Shown here: in pieces, positions 46,441 to 56,383 of the stretch
Position numbering within the stretch: position 1 is the first letter of the stretch
How the letters are laid out: each line of letters begins with the position of its first letter
Virus record (IMG/VR): IMGVR_UViG_3300033075_000428
Span: 32,001-96,000 of that record
DNA: 64,000 bases
DNA from: a virus
Taxonomy: Duplodnaviria > Caudoviricetes
Strand: one strand, 5' to 3'
Translations under genes and position numbers: made by a program
Notes under the pieces: model-generated
Told to the model about the DNA's origin: nothing
The model's database searches: none
Seen by the model: only the letters and a program-made list of their open reading frames with translations

Positions 46441-47895
46441 TTACAGAGCCCAATATCCACGTGGTGTCCATGCAACGTTGATGAACTGAGAAGCAGTTGC
46501 CGCCCCAGAAGCAATACGCATGATGAACTGGGCAAACGTTCCAGGAGGTGCCGCTAGTGGTGACTCGAATGTTACTTCGATATTACGGTCACCTGCTTGA
46601 CCAACAACAGCATTAATTGGTACTTGAATACCACCAATTGTTGCACGTGCTGGTTCACGACCTGTGACTGTTGAAGAGGTCGCCAGTGAGATACCGCTGG
46701 AACCAGCTGAAGCCGCGAAGAAGAGTGTTGTTGGGACAGTGGCTGAGTTAACAGCACCGTCTGACCACACAAACACTGAGGCACCTGTCCAGATGTAGGT
46801 TGCTCCGTGTACTGGTAGTGCGGCGTCTTGTGTCAAACCTTGAAGCACATAGTCAGTAGCGCCAGAGGCAGTCGCGGCAAATTTGAAAATACCACCCCAT
46901 CCAGTTGTGCTTACTGCGGTATTCGAAAGTGATGCTGTTGGTACCGCTAATGAGTTCGTCCAGTTACCACCAGTTGCCTGTTGAAGTGGTAACCTAGGCC
47001 ACGAGTACGCACCACATCGAGCAACAATATGACTTGCTGGCATCTGAGCGTGTACGCTTACACCAGCAGAAGAAACTGACCAGTCACTAACTGAAACTTG
47101 TTGAACACCAACACCAGTGGTAGTGTGTGCGTTCTGAAGGAACATGGTCAGTGAACTATACTGGCTAATACCCATGTTCGAACCAGCTGGAGGGATATCA
47201 ACACCACCGAAATAGTTGTTGTTAATCCAGAGGTTCACTCTACTACGAGAGATGCCGAGTACATAGTTATTTGTTTCATTAATGACTAGACCATTTGGTA
47301 CACTCGCTGTAGCTAATGCAGCAGACGTAGCAATGTCCACGGAGTTGGCGACCACATAGAGTTTCAACTCTCCTGCGGTAAAGCGAAGGAATACACCGTT
47401 TGTTGGAGCAAGGGTACCAATTGCAGTATTGCGAAGTCCAAACTCTACGTTGTTGTTCGTGGCACCCCAAGACGTGAACTTAAACCTAGCCTTAGCATAG
47501 ATTGTTCCCTCAATTGGGACGGTGAACATCTCAAACGTTTGAATGATTGAGTTACCAGACAACGAGGAGTTAGCATTCAACAACAAGTTGTTGGCTACTG
47601 TCCACGTCATCGTGTGCGTATTAACTGTTGACTGGTAGTCTGGAGTTTGTACTGTGATGGCAAATGAACGGTTGTAGAGCTCAACGTCTTGACCAACACG
47701 AAGCTTCCAATCAGAGTCTACTTCGTGTGACCGAATAAGTGAACCACCGTAGTCTGCTGCACTTCCTGAGTTCCCTGCACCTTGAACTACACCAGTGTCA
47801 GCCAGTGTAGTCGTGGGAGCTACTTTCAGTGCATAATCAGCGGTAACATTAACGTGCCCTGCTGAGTTGTTTGAGGGATTCCCAACAATTACCAT
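46441..47895 (-). CDS. virion structural/fibre protein (Ser/Thr/Gly/Asn-rich beta protein)
   Basis: 484 aa; composition and context. Confidence 0.6.
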   Translation of the reverse strand: MVIVGNPSNNSAGHVNVTADYALKVAPTTTLADTGVVQGAGNSGSAADYGGSLIRSHEVDSDWKLRVGQDVELYNRSFAITVQTPDYQSTVNTHTMTWTVANNLLLNANSSLSGNSIIQTFEMFTVPIEGTIYAKARFKFTSWGATNNNVEFGLRNTAIGTLAPTNGVFLRFTAGELKLYVVANSVDIATSAALATASVPNGLVINETNNYVLGISRSRVNLWINNNYFGGVDIPPAGSNMGISQYSSLTMFLQNAHTTTGVGVQQVSVSDWSVSSAGVSVHAQMPASHIVARCGAYSWPRLPLQQATGGNWTNSLAVPTASLSNTAVSTTGWGGIFKFAATASGATDYVLQGLTQDAALPVHGATYIWTGASVFVWSDGAVNSATVPTTLFFAASAGSSGISLATSSTVTGREPARATIGGIQVPINAVVGQAGDRNIEVTFESPLAAPPGTFAQFIMRIASGAATASQFINVAWTPRGYWAL

Positions 47896-47907
47896 CTCTT
47901 CATCTCC

Positions 47908-50832
47908 TTACACTGCAATGCAGTTTACTGTAAAAGTTCCATTAGCGCCGAGTGGTGCATGTGCTCGAATGGTACAACCAGTTCCGTTCACAATGCTCTC
48001 TGCAGCAGCCTGAATGCACTGAATCAAAGCGTCTTCACCTTGAACAGTACACACTATTTTCATTGACGTTGTGATCCACGTTAGACCCGTGACAACCACT
48101 GTGGTGTCAGTATCATCGTTAGTTCCGAAATCAATCGTAGCAGTAAACGAATTACTGGTAGAACCCCATATATAACTACTACCATTGAACATCAGTGCTG
48201 TATTGCTAGCAGGCGCTGACGCTGGTAGTGTAATAGTGTATGACGTTGGAGACGAAACACCCAGACCAATGTAGTTAGAGGTAGTCCCAATTCTGAATTC
48301 GTTCGGTAGGAACCTAAAGTACTCAACGTCGGTACCAACGTTAGACAATGCAATTGCCATCGCCCCAATACGTGAACCGTGTGTGGCGTTTGCCCACAGA
48401 CCTGCGATTGAAGACGCAAATATGTCGCTTGTAGTAGTAGTTGCGAGACGAAACACAATAGAACCACCAAACCCATTCGCAGAGGTTCCAGAGTTATTCA
48501 TCTCGATGCTCAATGCTTCCTGCACACTATTGGTCACACTTGTGTAATGACGCAGTGCTTGTAACGACGAGGTGTTCGCTGTCGACTTGGCTACGGTTAG
48601 CTTTTTGGTAGTATCATCCCAGAAGAACTGGGCACTGCTACCGAATGCTCCAGAGTTGTTGAACTGTATCTCAGTATTACTACCAGCTGGCGAGACCGAA
48701 ACTGAAGCCCATACGTAGCTTGAACCATTGTACTTCAGATAGGTATTCGACCCAGGAGCACTGTCTGGCAACGTGATAGTGTATGACGTTGGTGCATTTA
48801 CCGCAAGACCAATATAGCTACCAGTGTTACCAATTCGATGCTCTTTTGGTAGGAATCTATGTTGTTCCGTTGAGGAAGAGGATGAGTTGTTAAGCTCTAA
48901 TGTAAATGCACTGACTTCCGAGCCTGATGTAGTTGTTATCATTAACCAACCAAGCCTATGGCTATCTATTAGCCCACCAGAGCTATTCGTAGAAGAAAAT
49001 AGAAAGTGACCACCGAATCCTGAAGCAGTACCACTAGCACAGTTAGCAACAAAATTAACTATTTTCTGAGAAGAGTTATTAAAGCTAAGAGTCTTAGAAA
49101 CTTTCAGTGCATATGTACTAGCGTCACCTGAAATATGGTTAACTTGAAGTACATCATATCCAGATTGATTTGACTGGAATATTGACAAGCAATTCTGAAT
49201 TGACATGTAAGAATAAGCAGCACCTGTGGCGATGGTTGCTAGTCTGAATTGACTATCATTGACAATTTTTCCAGAACCGTTATCGAACAGTATGCCTCTC
49301 GCGCCACCACCTGACCAGTCTGTGGTTCCACTTGTCAATGCGTCTAGGGTGATATTCCTATTAGGCATCGTTACTGTGCGAACAGTCGCTGTAGTAATAC
49401 CAGAAGCTTCAAATGCTATCTTCTTAGTCGCATCTGTGTTGTCTGAAATGCGGAATACGTTGTCAGCGAAGTCTGGAGTCAAGCTAACAGTAGCCCAAAC
49501 ATAGCTAGAACCATTGTACTTGAGGTACGTGTCAGAAGCTGGGGCAGAACCTGGAAGCGTGATGGTATAAGAAGTAGGTGCAGAGACAGTGAGCCCTACA
49601 TAGTTACCACTGGTACCAATTCGAATAGTACTGTCAACAGCAAAGACGAATCCTGAGTTATCCCAAGTAAGCTTTGAAGAATTCGCAACCTTGCTGGAAC
49701 CATCAGCAAACAACACTCCTGTGCTTGCACCACCTGACCAGTCTGTTGTTCCTGAGGTGATTTGGTCAAGAGAGAAATCACGATTTGGAACAGTAGCAGT
49801 ACGAGTCGTAGCAGTAGTGATTGCACTGACTTCAAATGCGAACTTCTTTGTAGCGTCTGCGTTGTCTACTACACGAAATACGTTGTCTGCGTATTCGTTC
49901 ACTGAGGTGACGGTACCAGTTGCCCAAGTGTAGTTAGCACCATCATACTTTAGGTATGTATTGGTTCCTGGAGCGGCACTTGGAAGAGTAATAGTGTAAG
50001 AAGTAGGAGAAGAGACAGTCAGGCCAACATAAGATGTGTTACTTCCAATTTGGAGCACACCTTGTCCTGTCATTCTGAACTTCTCAGCAAATACTGCGTT
50101 GTTTGCAATACGGAATGCGAGAGCACCAGTTCTTGTGGCGTCAGTTACGTCTGACCAGAATCCGTCAAGATACACAAGGTCACGTTCAGAACCACCATTG
50201 GTCTTTCCGAACCAACCCAGTGACATGCCATAGCCATTTGTTGGAGTTCCCGAAGACGGATTGAGGTTCAAGAACAACCCATATTTCAACCCAGATGGGG
50301 AAGCATCACGAGAGTTCACCCATAATATAGCGGCTCCATTACCAGTAGAAGTGAAGTTCCCAACCCCAGCGCCACCACCACCTGAAACATAGAGACCTTC
50401 TTGAGATCCAAAACTATAGTAAAGTATGTTTGAAGATGTTTTTAGCTTACCAGTTGCAGCATCGGAATAAAGGATACCGTTATTAGAGCCAGACGAAACA
50501 CTTCCAGTTATTGAAGTTGTGGAATCAACCAGTGTGTCCAATGTGACATTTCTGTCAGGCATTGTGATGGTACGTACTGTCGCAGTAGTAATACCACTAG
50601 CTTGGAATGCTATCTTCTTGGTCGAGTCACCGTCGTCTGAGATGCGAAACACGTTGTCTGCGAAGTCTGTTCCACCACCCAAGGAAACCCACGAGCCACC
50701 TTGACGAAAGCGGAAACCATTCGATGCGTAATAAACGATGTCACCATCACTTGGGCTGACTGGCAGTGAGCCCAAGTTGGTGAATCGTAGAGTGTTAGCA
50801 ACTTCAGCGAGTTGACTGAGTATCTTAGGCAT
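47908..50832 (-). CDS. tail fibre protein with internal repeats
   Basis: Three (D/E)(F/Y)ADNVFR...KK.AF..S.ITTAT.RT repeats; four IG...Y.GL.V..PTSYTITLP repeats; PAGSNTEIQFN. Confidence 0.75.
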   Translation of the reverse strand: MPKILSQLAEVANTLRFTNLGSLPVSPSDGDIVYYASNGFRFRQGGSWVSLGGGTDFADNVFRISDDGDSTKKIAFQASGITTATVRTITMPDRNVTLDTLVDSTTSITGSVSSGSNNGILYSDAATGKLKTSSNILYYSFGSQEGLYVSGGGGAGVGNFTSTGNGAAILWVNSRDASPSGLKYGLFLNLNPSSGTPTNGYGMSLGWFGKTNGGSERDLVYLDGFWSDVTDATRTGALAFRIANNAVFAEKFRMTGQGVLQIGSNTSYVGLTVSSPTSYTITLPSAAPGTNTYLKYDGANYTWATGTVTSVNEYADNVFRVVDNADATKKFAFEVSAITTATTRTATVPNRDFSLDQITSGTTDWSGGASTGVLFADGSSKVANSSKLTWDNSGFVFAVDSTIRIGTSGNYVGLTVSAPTSYTITLPGSAPASDTYLKYNGSSYVWATVSLTPDFADNVFRISDNTDATKKIAFEASGITTATVRTVTMPNRNITLDALTSGTTDWSGGGARGILFDNGSGKIVNDSQFRLATIATGAAYSYMSIQNCLSIFQSNQSGYDVLQVNHISGDASTYALKVSKTLSFNNSSQKIVNFVANCASGTASGFGGHFLFSSTNSSGGLIDSHRLGWLMITTTSGSEVSAFTLELNNSSSSSTEQHRFLPKEHRIGNTGSYIGLAVNAPTSYTITLPDSAPGSNTYLKYNGSSYVWASVSVSPAGSNTEIQFNNSGAFGSSAQFFWDDTTKKLTVAKSTANTSSLQALRHYTSVTNSVQEALSIEMNNSGTSANGFGGSIVFRLATTTTSDIFASSIAGLWANATHGSRIGAMAIALSNVGTDVEYFRFLPNEFRIGTTSNYIGLGVSSPTSYTITLPASAPASNTALMFNGSSYIWGSTSNSFTATIDFGTNDDTDTTVVVTGLTWITTSMKIVCTVQGEDALIQCIQAAAESIVNGTGCTIRAHAPLGANGTFTVNCIAV

Positions 50833-50834
50833 TA

Positions 50835-52175
50835 TTATCCAATGACAACAACACGGTATTGATTCGTTGTCGGAGCAACATCAAACTTCAGTGTGATGGT
50901 GTTGGTTGTAGTATGCTCAACGTCACACCAGACTTCCGCATATGTTCCTGACGCTGTGTAAAGCGCAACTGTTACGTCTCGTGTGGCAAGGTTATGCGTT
51001 ATGGTGATTGACGTCGAGGAGTTATCACCCACGTCAGTCGCATAACGAGTCATGAAGCCAAGAGACGTCTTAGCAGTAGCGGTAGAGTTACCACCAGTAC
51101 CACCATTACCAACCGCTAGTGTACCTGTGACAGCGTTTGTGTTAGCTAGGTCGAGTGCACCCCACGTTGCTTCAGCACCCGCTGAACCTGTGGAGCGGAG
51201 CACTTGGCCAGCTGTGGCAGTAGAACGAACAATCACATTTGACGAACCGTCAATGCCTGTGGACGAACCAGTGGTCTTGACAGAGATGACCGTGCCTGTG
51301 ATGTCGATACCATTCGAGCCAGTGTACGTTACACCAGACGGGAACGGTGACCAGTTGATGGCAGTGGTGTTGAGTGTACCACCTTGGTCAGAAGTACACA
51401 AGAAGACTTTGTCTCCATTGGCTGAACCAGTCTCAACTGCGACGAATGCTCCTGGAACCTTTGTCCAAGCATCCATGTCCGTAGCTCGTGTCCACGAACC
51501 AGCCGCCACAACGTAGATACCATTCTCAGCAGGGGCTGTTTGATTCTTAACGAGAACACGGTCACCAGCAATGACAGAGATTGTGTCAATTGTCTGTGGG
51601 GCAGACAGCGTGATGTTTGCTGTGGTAGCGGCAATCACCGAAGGTTTGGGGTCGAGACCTTGAGAGATACTGTCAACGTATCCCTTGGTTGCAGCATCCG
51701 TGGAAGCTGTTGGTGTACCAAGGTTCGTAATCTTGAATGAGTTGAGTGAGACGTCAGCATTCGGTGCAGTGATTGCATTCAGCTTCGTGTCTCCTGGCAT
51801 TGCCTTTGAGACCGAAACACCTAGGTCTACAAACAAACCAGAAGCACCTTCACCGATGGAACCTTCAGTCGAGGCAAGTGACGTAGTCTTGCGACGCACA
51901 GCCGCTGTGATAGCTGGCGTTGGGTCATCGTAGGTGAAGTCAATTGAGTTGGTGTCAGTGAGAATGGAACCAACGTCATCTTGCGCATTCTCCGTTGTGT
52001 ATCCACCTGAAGCAGAAGCCCACACGGTACCATTGTAGTAGTACAACACATTGCCTACAGTGTCGTAGTACAATTGACCAGCCACAGGAGAACCTGGAGC
52101 GGCTGCAAGGTTGTGTACGACAATGTTAAGTGCTTGGCGTTTTTGGAAGTCTAGGTTTGAGACTAGTTTAGGCAT
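50835..52175 (-). CDS. tail fibre/structural protein
   Basis: KITNLGTP...DAATKGYVD, GDRVLVKNQ..ENGIY, LAVGNGGTG, ITHNL motifs. Confidence 0.75.
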   Translation of the reverse strand: MPKLVSNLDFQKRQALNIVVHNLAAAPGSPVAGQLYYDTVGNVLYYYNGTVWASASGGYTTENAQDDVGSILTDTNSIDFTYDDPTPAITAAVRRKTTSLASTEGSIGEGASGLFVDLGVSVSKAMPGDTKLNAITAPNADVSLNSFKITNLGTPTASTDAATKGYVDSISQGLDPKPSVIAATTANITLSAPQTIDTISVIAGDRVLVKNQTAPAENGIYVVAAGSWTRATDMDAWTKVPGAFVAVETGSANGDKVFLCTSDQGGTLNTTAINWSPFPSGVTYTGSNGIDITGTVISVKTTGSSTGIDGSSNVIVRSTATAGQVLRSTGSAGAEATWGALDLANTNAVTGTLAVGNGGTGGNSTATAKTSLGFMTRYATDVGDNSSTSITITHNLATRDVTVALYTASGTYAEVWCDVEHTTTNTITLKFDVAPTTNQYRVVVIG

Positions 52176-52273
52176 TTACGTCTCCGAAGAAGCAAAATGG
52201 TAGTACTGCTCTAGTAAAACGGTACTGTGGGCAACTTCTGAGAACGTCTTAACGAATTGCTAAGAATACAAGC

Positions 52274-53380
52274 TTAACGATTGTTAAGCACCACATCGAT
52301 GATGTAGGGAATCATGTCCTTGACAGCTACTGACTTCTTGCGTAGTGTTCTCGTGAGGAGGGAAACGAGTTCTGTTCCAATTCCTGGGACTGAGGCTGTG
52401 CTGAGCTTCTCTTTCGTGAGTGGGTCAATCATATCACGAATATTGGACGTTGCTGTCTCTATGCCCTGTCTGTCAACTTCACCTGTGCGTGGGTCTTTCA
52501 GTGTTTTGAGCAATACTCTTTTGAAGTACTCAAGATCAGGATTGAATGTCTCTATGATGTTCTCTTCATAGTCTGAGATTGTATCTTTCTTGTAAACTCC
52601 AAAGTATCTACTCTTGTTCTCTTCTGAGTTCAAGAACACGTCTAGTATATCTTGTTTTGGTACACCAATCAATAGGAGAACAAGAATAGCCTTATCATAT
52701 GGGTATGAACCTGTGTGGACTGGGAATTGAACAGTTCTCTGTGGCTGAGGCAATTCAGAAGTTTGATCCTTGCTCAAGAAGTCTTCAAGAGTTTCCTCAG
52801 TGACTTGTGTTCCTTTGGTGCCTGACTTGAAATCATTGCGTGAAGCAAATGAGTATACTGGGATGTTATTGTCAAGACAAGTTTGAACTACATTCCTTAG
52901 CATATCATTATTCTCTAGTGAGCTTTTGCCACGAGACGAAAGGATGTCTAACCGAATGATGTACTTCAGTGCATTCTTGATGATTGGTTTCGAGGAGAAG
53001 AAGCGTTCTTCGGTTTCATCATATTTGTTTCTAAACCAAGAGCTAGAATCAACGTGATAATCGAACGGCTCTCTACGGACTTCTTGATTGAGCCTGTCTG
53101 CATCAAGAGTGAATACAACTGGGAAGTTCGTGCCGAAGCTTATCCCCCTCGTTCGTGCAGTCGACAAGTAGTAGTACTTGTTCTTTGGAATGTCCTTCCG
53201 AATCTCCGTGCCTGTCATCAACGCTAAGCGGAACTGATTCTTGGTGACAATCTGCTCAGCTACGTCAAGGTGTGTGAAGTGATAGACTGTTCCCAGATTA
53301 CTACCTTCAATCAGGTCAGTGACAATGAGTGACACATCATCCTGCTTCGTTAGTTTCTGATGAAGGTTCTCTGGGTTCAT
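52274..53380 (-). CDS. putative head-packaged ADP-ribosyltransferase-like protein, leader class B
   Basis: Start moved to MNPENLHQKL...LIEG; VYHFT, YLSTAR, VVFTLD, ETEER. Confidence 0.55.
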   Translation of the reverse strand: MNPENLHQKLTKQDDVSLIVTDLIEGSNLGTVYHFTHLDVAEQIVTKNQFRLALMTGTEIRKDIPKNKYYYLSTARTRGISFGTNFPVVFTLDADRLNQEVRREPFDYHVDSSSWFRNKYDETEERFFSSKPIIKNALKYIIRLDILSSRGKSSLENNDMLRNVVQTCLDNNIPVYSFASRNDFKSGTKGTQVTEETLEDFLSKDQTSELPQPQRTVQFPVHTGSYPYDKAILVLLLIGVPKQDILDVFLNSEENKSRYFGVYKKDTISDYEENIIETFNPDLEYFKRVLLKTLKDPRTGEVDRQGIETATSNIRDMIDPLTKEKLSTASVPGIGTELVSLLTRTLRKKSVAVKDMIPYIIDVVLNNR

Positions 53381-53459
53381 TTGCTTGAGCTTCTGATGAG
53401 AATGGTAGGTTCTCATAAAACGCATAGAGTGTTACTATCATCACACGCACTATCTAGAA

Positions 53460-54005
53460 TCAGAAAATGTTAGCACGTTCCCATCTGCATTGCAGATAGC
53501 TTGAGTCTACTCCAATGTCAACGACATACCCCTTCTGTTCAAGGAAGTGTGCTGCATCATGATAAATCTCTGAACGTGTGTGGTCGTTTAGTTCAATGAA
53601 CACACCGTTGTCATCCGACAACACTGTGGCGTTCTTGTAAATACATACATAGTAATCACCACGCAATGCAGCTTGGCGAATAGCAGGGTATACGATACTG
53701 TGCATGAACTTTTCAACATATTGTTCTGATTTTGCTGTAGCGTCTTCCCACAGTTCAATCTCCCGTTCATTTGAGATGCGGTAAGCAGCACTCGCCACTA
53801 TCTCACCTTCCCCTGTGTCAATGGGAAGTTCTTCAGATGGTCGAGCATAAGGTTCTTCCGTTTGCTCTTTCCTATTGATAAGAGTGCAAGTCACTGGGTC
53901 TTTCTTTAACTGCTTTAGCAAAATGTATGCCATTGTGACTGTGTAGAGAATAATCATTGTCCAGACGCAAGTCTGTACAATGAGTGCTAAATCTTCAGAG
54001 TTCAT
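53460..54005 (-). CDS. single-pass membrane protein, paralogue of 54032-54709
   Basis: TM helix; ELPIDxGxGxIxASAAYRIS; VYPxIR; RWExxNIF. Confidence 0.75.
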   Translation of the reverse strand: MNSEDLALIVQTCVWTMIILYTVTMAYILLKQLKKDPVTCTLINRKEQTEEPYARPSEELPIDTGEGEIVASAAYRISNEREIELWEDATAKSEQYVEKFMHSIVYPAIRQAALRGDYYVCIYKNATVLSDDNGVFIELNDHTRSEIYHDAAHFLEQKGYVVDIGVDSSYLQCRWERANIF

Positions 54006-54031
54006 TTCTTTGTCCTGTCAGTGTGGGGTGG

Positions 54032-54709
54032 TTAGAAAATGTTGCCTTTCTCCCAGCGAACTACGAGTTCATTTGTATCAGTGCTCACAGTGGTTTGATA
54101 CCCTTGATTCTTGAGCACGATTGCTACATAGTTGAAAAGTGCAAGACGTATGTCGCTGTTGAGTTCGTACGGAATATCGTTGTTGCTTGCTAGCATGCGG
54201 AAATCATGGTCAGTAAGTACAGCCCAATAATCACCCATCTCTGCTCTAAGGCGGATGAGCGGATAGACTGATTGTTCTAAGAACATTCCGTGAATGCCAT
54301 GAGCCTTCATCTCAGCGTCAAAGTCTCTCTGTGTTGCTGTTGTAAATGAGATGCGATATGCAGCGGATGCGTTGATTGTACCGTTGCCGTTATCTATGGG
54401 GAGTTCCGAGATTAGTCGAGGACGCTTCACGTGCTTTGTTTCCTGTTCAACATCCTTACCCTTACCCCAATAGTAAGTAATGCCCCGAATCCAGTCCTTC
54501 ATCTTGAATACAGTCACAACAAGAAGAGACAAGAGGAACACTGATATCATCAACCAAGCACAGATTTTGACAATGTAATCAAAGTCGAGATAGTTCATCA
54601 TGTTCCTGTCAATCGGTTGAGGGTTAGCGATTGAGGGAACGAACCGTGAAAGTTCTAATCTAAGGGGGGTTAAACCAGAGTAGGCTGAAGTAGTTTCAGC
54701 TATAGCCAA
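54032..54709 (-). CDS. single-pass membrane protein, paralogue of 53460-54005 (true start probably near 54602)
   Basis: Same motifs. Confidence 0.7.
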   Translation of the reverse strand: MAIAETTSAYSGLTPLRLELSRFVPSIANPQPIDRNMMNYLDFDYIVKICAWLMISVFLLSLLVVTVFKMKDWIRGITYYWGKGKDVEQETKHVKRPRLISELPIDNGNGTINASAAYRISFTTATQRDFDAEMKAHGIHGMFLEQSVYPLIRLRAEMGDYWAVLTDHDFRMLASNNDIPYELNSDIRLALFNYVAIVLKNQGYQTTVSTDTNELVVRWEKGNIF

Positions 54710-54714
54710 TATTC

Positions 54715-54993
54715 TTAGCTAATGTAGACCTTGCCTGTGAACGAGCCATCACTGATAATACGTAGCTGATTGATGGTATCATACACTACGTCAGTCCAAA
54801 CAAGGTCACCAGCAGAGGTGATTACAGTAACGGAAGATGGGAATCTTCCTAGATTGTGGACAACTGTCCACGTTGAAGCAGGAACCTGCTGGTCATGAAC
54901 GTAAGAGTAGTCGACACCATTCAGTTGGTCGGTGTCTGGCAACTGTTGGAAGTCACCAGTGGTGGGGTCGAGTGTAAGAGGCTTACGCTTCAT
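54715..54993 (-). CDS. small virion structural protein
   Basis: YVHDQ..PASTWTVVHNLGRFP. Confidence 0.65.
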   Translation of the reverse strand: MKRKPLTLDPTTGDFQQLPDTDQLNGVDYSYVHDQQVPASTWTVVHNLGRFPSSVTVITSAGDLVWTDVVYDTINQLRIISDGSFTGKVYIS

Positions 54994-55039
54994 TCGTGTT
55001 GGTTTCCAAGGTTGAATTCATTAGTCAATGTAAAACTCA

Positions 55040-55528
55040 TTACAGTAGCACTCTGGCAGAGATACGAATCTCTAAAGTAGTAGCACTCTGTGCACGTCCA
55101 ATGCTAATCAAGTACTTGTTGATGGTGGAGGAGATATTGGGTAGAGTACCTGTCAACTTCCCTGCCACAGTAGTGTGGAACCACAGCTTCGCATTCGGTG
55201 TCAACCCACCAGTGGTTCCAGCCACAGCATCCCACTCTGCAGTAGTCAGTGTTAACAACCCACTGAACTGTATGCGTCCAGAAGCATTGCCAGCTACAGT
55301 AGCTGTGACCAATCCTTGTACCCAACTTGTACTGTCTCCACCACCTTGGTCAGACAAGTGAACGGTGGTGCCCACCACATACACTGGTGTCCCTGCAGGG
55401 ATGGAGCTTCCTGAGGTATTGGTGAAGTCAATGCCAAGAGGACTGTACCCAATGTCAAGAGTGTCTCCAGCTTGGAGTAACTCCTTGCGTCCAGTGGTGC
55501 CAAGAACAATTGGTCTGCGTAGTGCCAT
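55040..55528 (-). CDS. virion structural (decoration/cement-like) protein
   Basis: IPAGTPVYV; LTPN...AGKLT...IG.A shared with 55816-56316. Confidence 0.6.
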   Translation of the reverse strand: MALRRPIVLGTTGRKELLQAGDTLDIGYSPLGIDFTNTSGSSIPAGTPVYVVGTTVHLSDQGGGDSTSWVQGLVTATVAGNASGRIQFSGLLTLTTAEWDAVAGTTGGLTPNAKLWFHTTVAGKLTGTLPNISSTINKYLISIGRAQSATTLEIRISARVLL

Positions 55529-55571
55529 GTTTCAAGCCAAGTTACTATAGAAGAAAAGTTTGTTGTTAGAA

Positions 55572-55798
55572 TTTAAAAATTGTTCTTGTTCACACACTGT
55601 AGTAAAAATTATGTTCTTAGATTTCAATAGGTTCATACAAGTGAGTAGATTCATGTAGCAAATCAAAAGTCCCTGTAGCTTTTGCACTAGGCTAAAAACT
55701 ATGTTCTTAGATTTCAATAGCTGAGAGTATGTGAGTAGCATTGTGTAGAGTTAAAAAATTGTTCTTGTGCGTGTGCTGTAGTAAAAACTATGTTCTTG
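55572..55798. repeat. AT-rich iterated non-coding repeat (about 90-bp period, TAAAAA(C/T)T(AT)GTTCTT cores)
   Basis: Cores at about 55574, 55603, 55693, 55753 and 55782; TATGTTCTTAGATTTCAATAG occurs exactly twice. Confidence 0.85.
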
Positions 55799-55815
55799 AA
55801 ATTGTGTAGCTGACA

Positions 55816-56316
55816 TCACAACCAAATAGGTTCTTGGATGTCATACTTGAAGATGGTAGTAGTGAGTGCTGTGCCTATTGGCTGAACAAACAAAGCAGTT
55901 GATTGATCTGGAGTGACAGTGAGTTTCCCAGCAGTCTGAGAGAGGTAGTATTGTGTGTTGGGTGTAAGAAGCGTTGAGCCTGTGAGTGTCGTCCAGTTCG
56001 ATTGAACTAGATATGCTCCATTGAGTGTTACTATTGTGGCTTGAGACGATGCTGTGACAATGTTTAGATTGAATCCTATTGCTGGAGAGATAAGTGAAGA
56101 AGCTTTTAGACATCCTGTACTTAGAGTATTACCGAATACTAGTTCTCCTGTATTGATAGAAATGGATTCAAGATTTGTGAGTATGAGATTCGAAGTCTGT
56201 GTACTACCAGTACTGTAAACAATCGCTCCCTGTATGTCTACATATATCTTCTGCTCCACGATGTTGACGTTAATCTCCTGAACGTCTGCGAGCATTACGT
56301 TAATGTCTTGTGCCAT
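55816..56316 (-). CDS. virion structural protein, paralogous C-terminal domain with 55040-55528
   Basis: LTPNTQYYLSQTAGKLT...PIGTA. Confidence 0.6.
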   Translation of the reverse strand: MAQDINVMLADVQEINVNIVEQKIYVDIQGAIVYSTGSTQTSNLILTNLESISINTGELVFGNTLSTGCLKASSLISPAIGFNLNIVTASSQATIVTLNGAYLVQSNWTTLTGSTLLTPNTQYYLSQTAGKLTVTPDQSTALFVQPIGTALTTTIFKYDIQEPIWL

Positions 56317-56383
56317 TGGGGACTTACGAGTTTACTGAAGAATTACAAATTCATGAACTACAAATTAGGGATTTTACCCTAGG

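Noticed and set aside
55532-55741. 69-aa ORF over the AT-rich repeat
   Set aside because: The repeated LKSKNI peptides merely mirror the DNA repeat; it has a TTG start and no RBS.
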